From Macrostomum hystrix (lineage: Eukaryota; Animalia; Platyhelminthes): a stretch of DNA of 64,000 nt. Below are positions 59,290-64,000 of this stretch, in pieces (position 1 is the stretch's first letter; each line of letters starts with the position of its first letter). The DNA lies in NCBI GenBank assembly GCA_950097015.1, contig CATNEN010000029.1:2666001-2730000 (forward strand), written 5' to 3'. The notes beneath the pieces are model-generated. The model saw nothing but the letters and a program-made list of their open reading frames with translations, ran no database searches and was not told the DNA's origin. The position numbers and the translations under genes were made by a program.

Positions 59290-60112
59290 TTCTCATACTC
59301 CTCTGTCCACTTCTCATACTCCGCTCACCTATTCTCATACTCCTCTGTCCACTTCAAAAACTCCGCTCTCCAATTCTCATATTCCTCTGTCCACTTCTAA
59401 AACTCCGCTCTCCAATTCTCATATTCCTCTGTCCACTTCTAAAACTCCGCTCTCCAATTCTCATACTCCTCTGTCCACTTCTAAAACTCCGCTCTCCAAT
59501 TCTAATACTCCGCTCTCCAATTCCCCAACTCCGCTCTCCAATTCTCATACTCCGCTGTCCAATTCTAATACTCCGCTCTCCAATTCCCCAACTCCGCTCT
59601 CCAATTCTCATACTCCGCTCTCCAATTCTCATACTCCGCTCTCCAATTCTCATACTCCGCTGTCCAATTCTAATACTCCGCTCTCCAATTCCCCAACTCC
59701 GCTCTCCAATTCTCATACTCCGCTCTCGAATTCTCATACTCCGCTGTCCAATTCTAATACTCCGCTCTCCAATTCCCCAACTCCGCTCTCCAATTCTCAT
59801 ACTCCGCTCTCGAATTCTAATACTCCGCTCTCCAATTCCCCAACTCCGCTCTCCAATTCTCATACTCCGCTGTCCAATTCTAATACTCCGCTCTCCAATT
59901 CCCCAACTCCGCTCTCCAATTCTCATACTCCGCTCTCGAATTCTCATACTCCGCTGTCCAATTCTCATACTCCGCTGTCCAATTCTAATACTCCGCTCTC
60001 CAATTCCCCAACTCCGCTCTCCAATTCTCATACTCCGCTGTCCAATTCTCATACTCCGCTGTCCAATTCTCATACTCCGCTGTCCAATTCTAATACTCCG
60101 CTCTATCCCTCT
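59290..60112. repeat. 21-bp minisatellite (CTCCGCTCTCCAATTCTCATA)n with three recurring variants
   Basis: Visible. Confidence 0.96.
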
Positions 60113-61156
60113 CATTCTCCGCTCTCTCCCTCTGATTATCCTCCAATTCCTGTCGCTTCACAGAAACAGAAGCCCATATTACACTCGTATTCTGGGCTTT
60201 CCCAAGATTTGAATTCAAGGCATCAGTCAATATTTTCGTCTCTAACAATGACACTTGTCCCGCGCTCAGACTGCCTGAGGCTGCATTAGGGAGATGTCAA
60301 ATGTTTCTCATTTCGACTGGTTAAGAATTTCAATGCAAGTCAAATCAGTCCTTGTTGGGGAGGGCGGGGATAGGCCCTATCTTCTCTCCTTCTGCCACGC
60401 TGTCGCCGCCAAAGCAAGCAGAAGCAGAAGCATGAACCCCAAAGCCGTCATCCACACCGACTTAGCAGCTACTCTATTGAGCTTTGAGCTTCTTTCTTTA
60501 GTCTGAAACTATCCTGAGCAATGCGAAAAATTGAAGAATGCCTTAGCAGTACCAAAGCAGTCCCGCGCAGCCTTAACCCAAATTCCCGGGAGTGCCTGGC
60601 TGCCATGCAAATTGAGGCGGAATGACGCGGGCCATGCCTGACTTGGAGAAGGAAACAGAGAGAGAGAGAATGCCGCATGACATGCTCCCCGGAGCGTGAT
60701 CCCTCTATCAGAGGCCACAGAAGCTGCTGGTGGTGACAACCACTGTCGATATATATTCCTCCCGGCATTTATTGCCCACTGGGATGCTTTCATGCCCCAC
60801 TTGCCATTCTTGGCCTCCGCCTGACTCTGAGGCCAAAACTCCGGAATGCATGAAGAGTCAATCCCAGATAATTGGTGAATTTGGTTCTCAAACAATTTAC
60901 TTAAGATAATAGGATCGGTTTGGCTTGACATTCTACACAGTACAGCATCCAACTGGTGCTAAGTTGAGGCCAACAAATTTATTTACTAGCAAACACATTT
61001 CAGCGAAAAAATTTCTACACAATGGAGCCAGTTTTGTCCGACGAAAATAGGCCGAGTAGAATCTGACAAACAAAAACAGATAAATCACCATTCGATACGC
61101 GCGGTTCAAAGTAAACAAGTAATACTTTAATTTGAGGATAATACGGTGCTGAGCTC

Positions 61157-63943
61157 TCACACTGTGGCCTCGCTGAACTCAAAGTCCGCCGCTTCGGTGT
61201 AGCGCCGATGCGGCGAACGGAAGGTGCTTAAAGTGGCGCAGGAGCCACCGCAGCCGACGCCGCCAACTCCAGGTCCGTGGACTGCGGCAGCCGCAGCGGA
61301 AGCCACTGCAGATGCGCTGACACCAGTGCTGAAGCTGCCGCAGTGGCGGGGCAGAGTCAGGGCCTGTCGGGCTGGCCGGTGCATCGGACAGTGGCTTCCG
61401 CTGAGGCCCACAGTTGAGTATCGCAGAGCCGGGCTCCAAGGACTCGCGCCGGCGTCATCTTCGTCCTCCTCCTTGGAGCATCCGGCAATCGCGGAGGTCA
61501 CTGGGTTGCCAACGTACTCAGCGCCGCTGACACCGACGGCGACACCGGAGGTGGAGGAAGTCATCAGCAGGCGGCGTGGGCTGGTACAGGCCGACTGCGA
61601 AGCGGAGCCGACAATGGCGGTGGCGGCGGCATCGGCGGCTGCGGCGACCCCGTCGGCGGCACTCAACGGCATCCGGTAGAACAACTCACGCCAGAAGCTT
61701 CGCCGACCGTAGCGCAAGGCGACCGCACGCGCGGCGGCGGCGCGTCCACCAACGCCGAGCAGGCCGGGCGGGAGGCGTCGAACCCCGGGGAACAGGATGT
61801 GCACCAGGCGGCAGGCGCGCCGAGGCCGAGTTCGCGCCGACAAAAAGTGCACGGCCAGCTGATAGTCGGTGCAGGCGTCCACGCTGGCCAGGAAGCTATC
61901 GGTGACGACCGTCAGGACGCGTTTGCTGGACTCGACAGCGTGCCAGACAGCGGGATAGGCTGGCACACCTGGCAGTCGGGCCCGGTCGTGTGTGCACAGC
62001 GCGTAGGGCCGCGGCCGACGGCGCAGCTTTTCAACTAGAACGGCGGAAACCCAGTCCGCATCGTCCGGGTGGAACATGAGGAAAGCGTCGCAGGCCTTGG
62101 CCTCGCCGGTGCATTCATCGCGGTCGAAAGGGTGCAGGCCGCAGCTGGCGAACAGGCTGACGCGGCCACAGAATGCCGCTAGGAGGGCCATGGTGGCCAG
62201 GGCTAGGATGGTGCTGATGGCCGAGGAGCTGAGGGCCAGCCGGTCGTAGCCTCGGTTGGCCGGCCGCGGCTCCGGCAGGTGGCAGAGTGCCGCCGGGCTC
62301 AGCGTCAGCAGTGAGCGATCGCGTAGGCGCGGCGGCTCGGCGCAGCGCACGTCGTCCGGGGCCAGGAGGCGGTCCCGATGTGCTCGCAGCCAGCCGATCA
62401 GCCAGCTGGCGTTGCAGCCGCAGTGCCAGGGATTGTGGTCAAGTCGGATGCGGCGCAGTCGGGGCAGCGACACTGTGAGCATCTCCTGATCCAGCTGGGT
62501 GAGCAGGTTGTGGTGCAGCATGAGCTCCTCCAGGCTCTGCAGCTTGGCCAGGTAGCGGGCCGGCAGCTCTTCGAGACCGGTGCCGCTCAGATCCAGGCTG
62601 GAGGCCTCGCGAAACACCTTCGGCATACCGGGCAGGCCGCGGCTGGCCATGCGACCGCCGCTGAAGTTGAAGCGATATGAATAGTCGCCATTAGCTGGCA
62701 GCGGCGGCAGCTCCCGCCAGTGCGGCAGCCGGTCGAGGGTGGCGCCGCGACAGTCGACCAAGACAGCCCGGCGCCAGGGCTCCTCTGTGCAGCGGCAGCG
62801 CCCGGCCGCCGAGTCCAGGCAGGGCTCGCGCCGGCAAGTCAGCTCGGCTGGCGCCAGAGCGGGCCGGAAGTCGGCGCCAACCAGCGGACGACGGCCTCGC
62901 AGTTCTGCTGGCTCGAAGCATTCCGGCAGGGCGGCGGGACTTTCGAGCAGGGCGGCTAGCGGGGAGGCTCCCTTGCCGGCCGGGTAGAGAAGCGGGAAGT
63001 CCTCGCAGTCGCAGCGGAGCGGATTGCCAGCCAGGCTGCTGATCAGCGGGCGCCAGTTGACGCCGGGCGTCGGATGATTGTCCAACAGGTGCCAGCCTTT
63101 CAACAGGCTGCCAAGGTGCTGAATGCCATTTCCAATCAGGCTAATGTTGAGGCCGGCTTCCGCCAGGCGGTCTAGAGTCCAGGCAGACGTCCGTCGTTCG
63201 GCTGTGAAGCGGCGAATCCGATTGTGATCGAGCAGCAGCCGCAGTTGCCGCCTGAGACCCGGACGCGGCGACCCGGTCCGTTCAGCCAGCTCCAGGGGCC
63301 AGTCAGTCAGCTCGTCCAGGAGATTGCTGCTGAGGTCAATCCGGGTCAGATGGTCGGCGGCTGTTGTGCTGAATGCCACCGCGGAGATGTTGAAAAGCCG
63401 GTTGCGGGCCAGGCTCAATCGGCGAAGTCGCGGCGCCGCCAAGGACCCGTCGGCGAGGCTCTCAAGCCGATTGGCGTCAAGTACCAGGTCGCGGAGTTCG
63501 GCGAATCCAGCGAAGGCTCCGGCCGGCAGGTGGATGAGATCATTGCGGCTGAAGTTCAGGTAGATGAGGCGCGGCAGGCCGGACAGTCGGGTCAGAAGGC
63601 TGGCAGCCGAGCGGACTCGGCTGACGATCAGGACGTTGAGGTCGCCGCCAGCGAGGCAGTGGGTCATTGGGGTTAGTGCCGCGGAGTCAACAGCGAACGC
63701 GCAGTCCAGGTCCAGGTGCTGCTGCGCGAATGCGTACCGAAAAATGCAGACTGGGCAGGCCGCTGGGCAGAGCCGTCGGCAGTCTTCCTGGCCGATCGCA
63801 GCGGGGCAGGCCAACGCCAGGAGCAGCGTCAAAAGCTGAGCCAGCAGCTGCCAGGTGGAGCAGCTGCGCATGCGGCTCATGTCTTTCAAGCTCAGCCGAC
63901 GGCACTGACCTGTCTTCGCTTTCGCATGCTTTTGGCCACGCAT
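61157..63943 (-). CDS. TLR: Toll-like receptor, multiple-cysteine-cluster (protostome/Toll) type, single exon, 928 aa
   Basis: Hydrophobic signal (LLAQLLTLLLALAC), LRRNT (CRRLCPAACPVC), LRRs (LxxLxLxxNxL), LRRCT GNPLRCDC, second LRRNT (CRC..VDCRG), LRRs, LRRCT HNPWHCGC..C, TM (AISTILALATMALLAAF), PFDRDEC linker, TIR (CDAFLMF..LCTHDRARLPG..SKRVLTVVTDSFL..FWREL). Confidence 0.93.
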   Translation of the reverse strand: MRGQKHAKAKTGQCRRLSLKDMSRMRSCSTWQLLAQLLTLLLALACPAAIGQEDCRRLCPAACPVCIFRYAFAQQHLDLDCAFAVDSAALTPMTHCLAGGDLNVLIVSRVRSAASLLTRLSGLPRLIYLNFSRNDLIHLPAGAFAGFAELRDLVLDANRLESLADGSLAAPRLRRLSLARNRLFNISAVAFSTTAADHLTRIDLSSNLLDELTDWPLELAERTGSPRPGLRRQLRLLLDHNRIRRFTAERRTSAWTLDRLAEAGLNISLIGNGIQHLGSLLKGWHLLDNHPTPGVNWRPLISSLAGNPLRCDCEDFPLLYPAGKGASPLAALLESPAALPECFEPAELRGRRPLVGADFRPALAPAELTCRREPCLDSAAGRCRCTEEPWRRAVLVDCRGATLDRLPHWRELPPLPANGDYSYRFNFSGGRMASRGLPGMPKVFREASSLDLSGTGLEELPARYLAKLQSLEELMLHHNLLTQLDQEMLTVSLPRLRRIRLDHNPWHCGCNASWLIGWLRAHRDRLLAPDDVRCAEPPRLRDRSLLTLSPAALCHLPEPRPANRGYDRLALSSSAISTILALATMALLAAFCGRVSLFASCGLHPFDRDECTGEAKACDAFLMFHPDDADWVSAVLVEKLRRRPRPYALCTHDRARLPGVPAYPAVWHAVESSKRVLTVVTDSFLASVDACTDYQLAVHFLSARTRPRRACRLVHILFPGVRRLPPGLLGVGGRAAAARAVALRYGRRSFWRELFYRMPLSAADGVAAAADAAATAIVGSASQSACTSPRRLLMTSSTSGVAVGVSGAEYVGNPVTSAIAGCSKEEDEDDAGASPWSPALRYSTVGLSGSHCPMHRPARQALTLPRHCGSFSTGVSASAVASAAAAAVHGPGVGGVGCGGSCATLSTFRSPHRRYTEAADFEFSEATV

Positions 63944-64000
63944 ATATTATAGCCAGAAATAGGACAGCATTGGTGTATGTCTTTTTATATCTGCGAAGCC

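Overview
Eukaryotic (animal, probably invertebrate/spiralian) genomic DNA, rich in repeats; no prokaryotic features. The low-complexity Ala/Gly/Ser-rich GC-rich exons and intronic minisatellites resemble the flatworm Macrostomum, but the species cannot be established from the window. Four host genes: (1) an NSD-family H3K36 methyltransferase (688-6707, minus; PWWP-PHD-PWWP-AWS-SET-postSET-PHD) whose 5' half has four apparent frameshifts; (2) a 3-exon coiled-coil gene resembling CCDC160 (19769-26037, plus); (3) an 8-exon SK/KCNN Ca2+-activated K+ channel (28239-48708, plus); (4) an intronless 928-aa multiple-cysteine-cluster Toll-like receptor (61157-63943, minus). The 7-19 kb interval is a transposon stack: PHD-bearing Mutator-like remnants, a 5'-truncated, inverted Penelope-like element with an intact GIY-YIG domain and hammerhead-like motifs, a piggyBac fragment and an intact DD34E Tc1 element with TIRs and TA TSD. 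A BEL/Pao LTR element with near-identical LTRs but lacking RT/RNase H/most of integrase lies in intron 2 of the coiled-coil gene. About 20 unrelated minisatellite arrays are present, many close to splice sites. All exon boundaries, alignments and family calls were made by eye, without searches.
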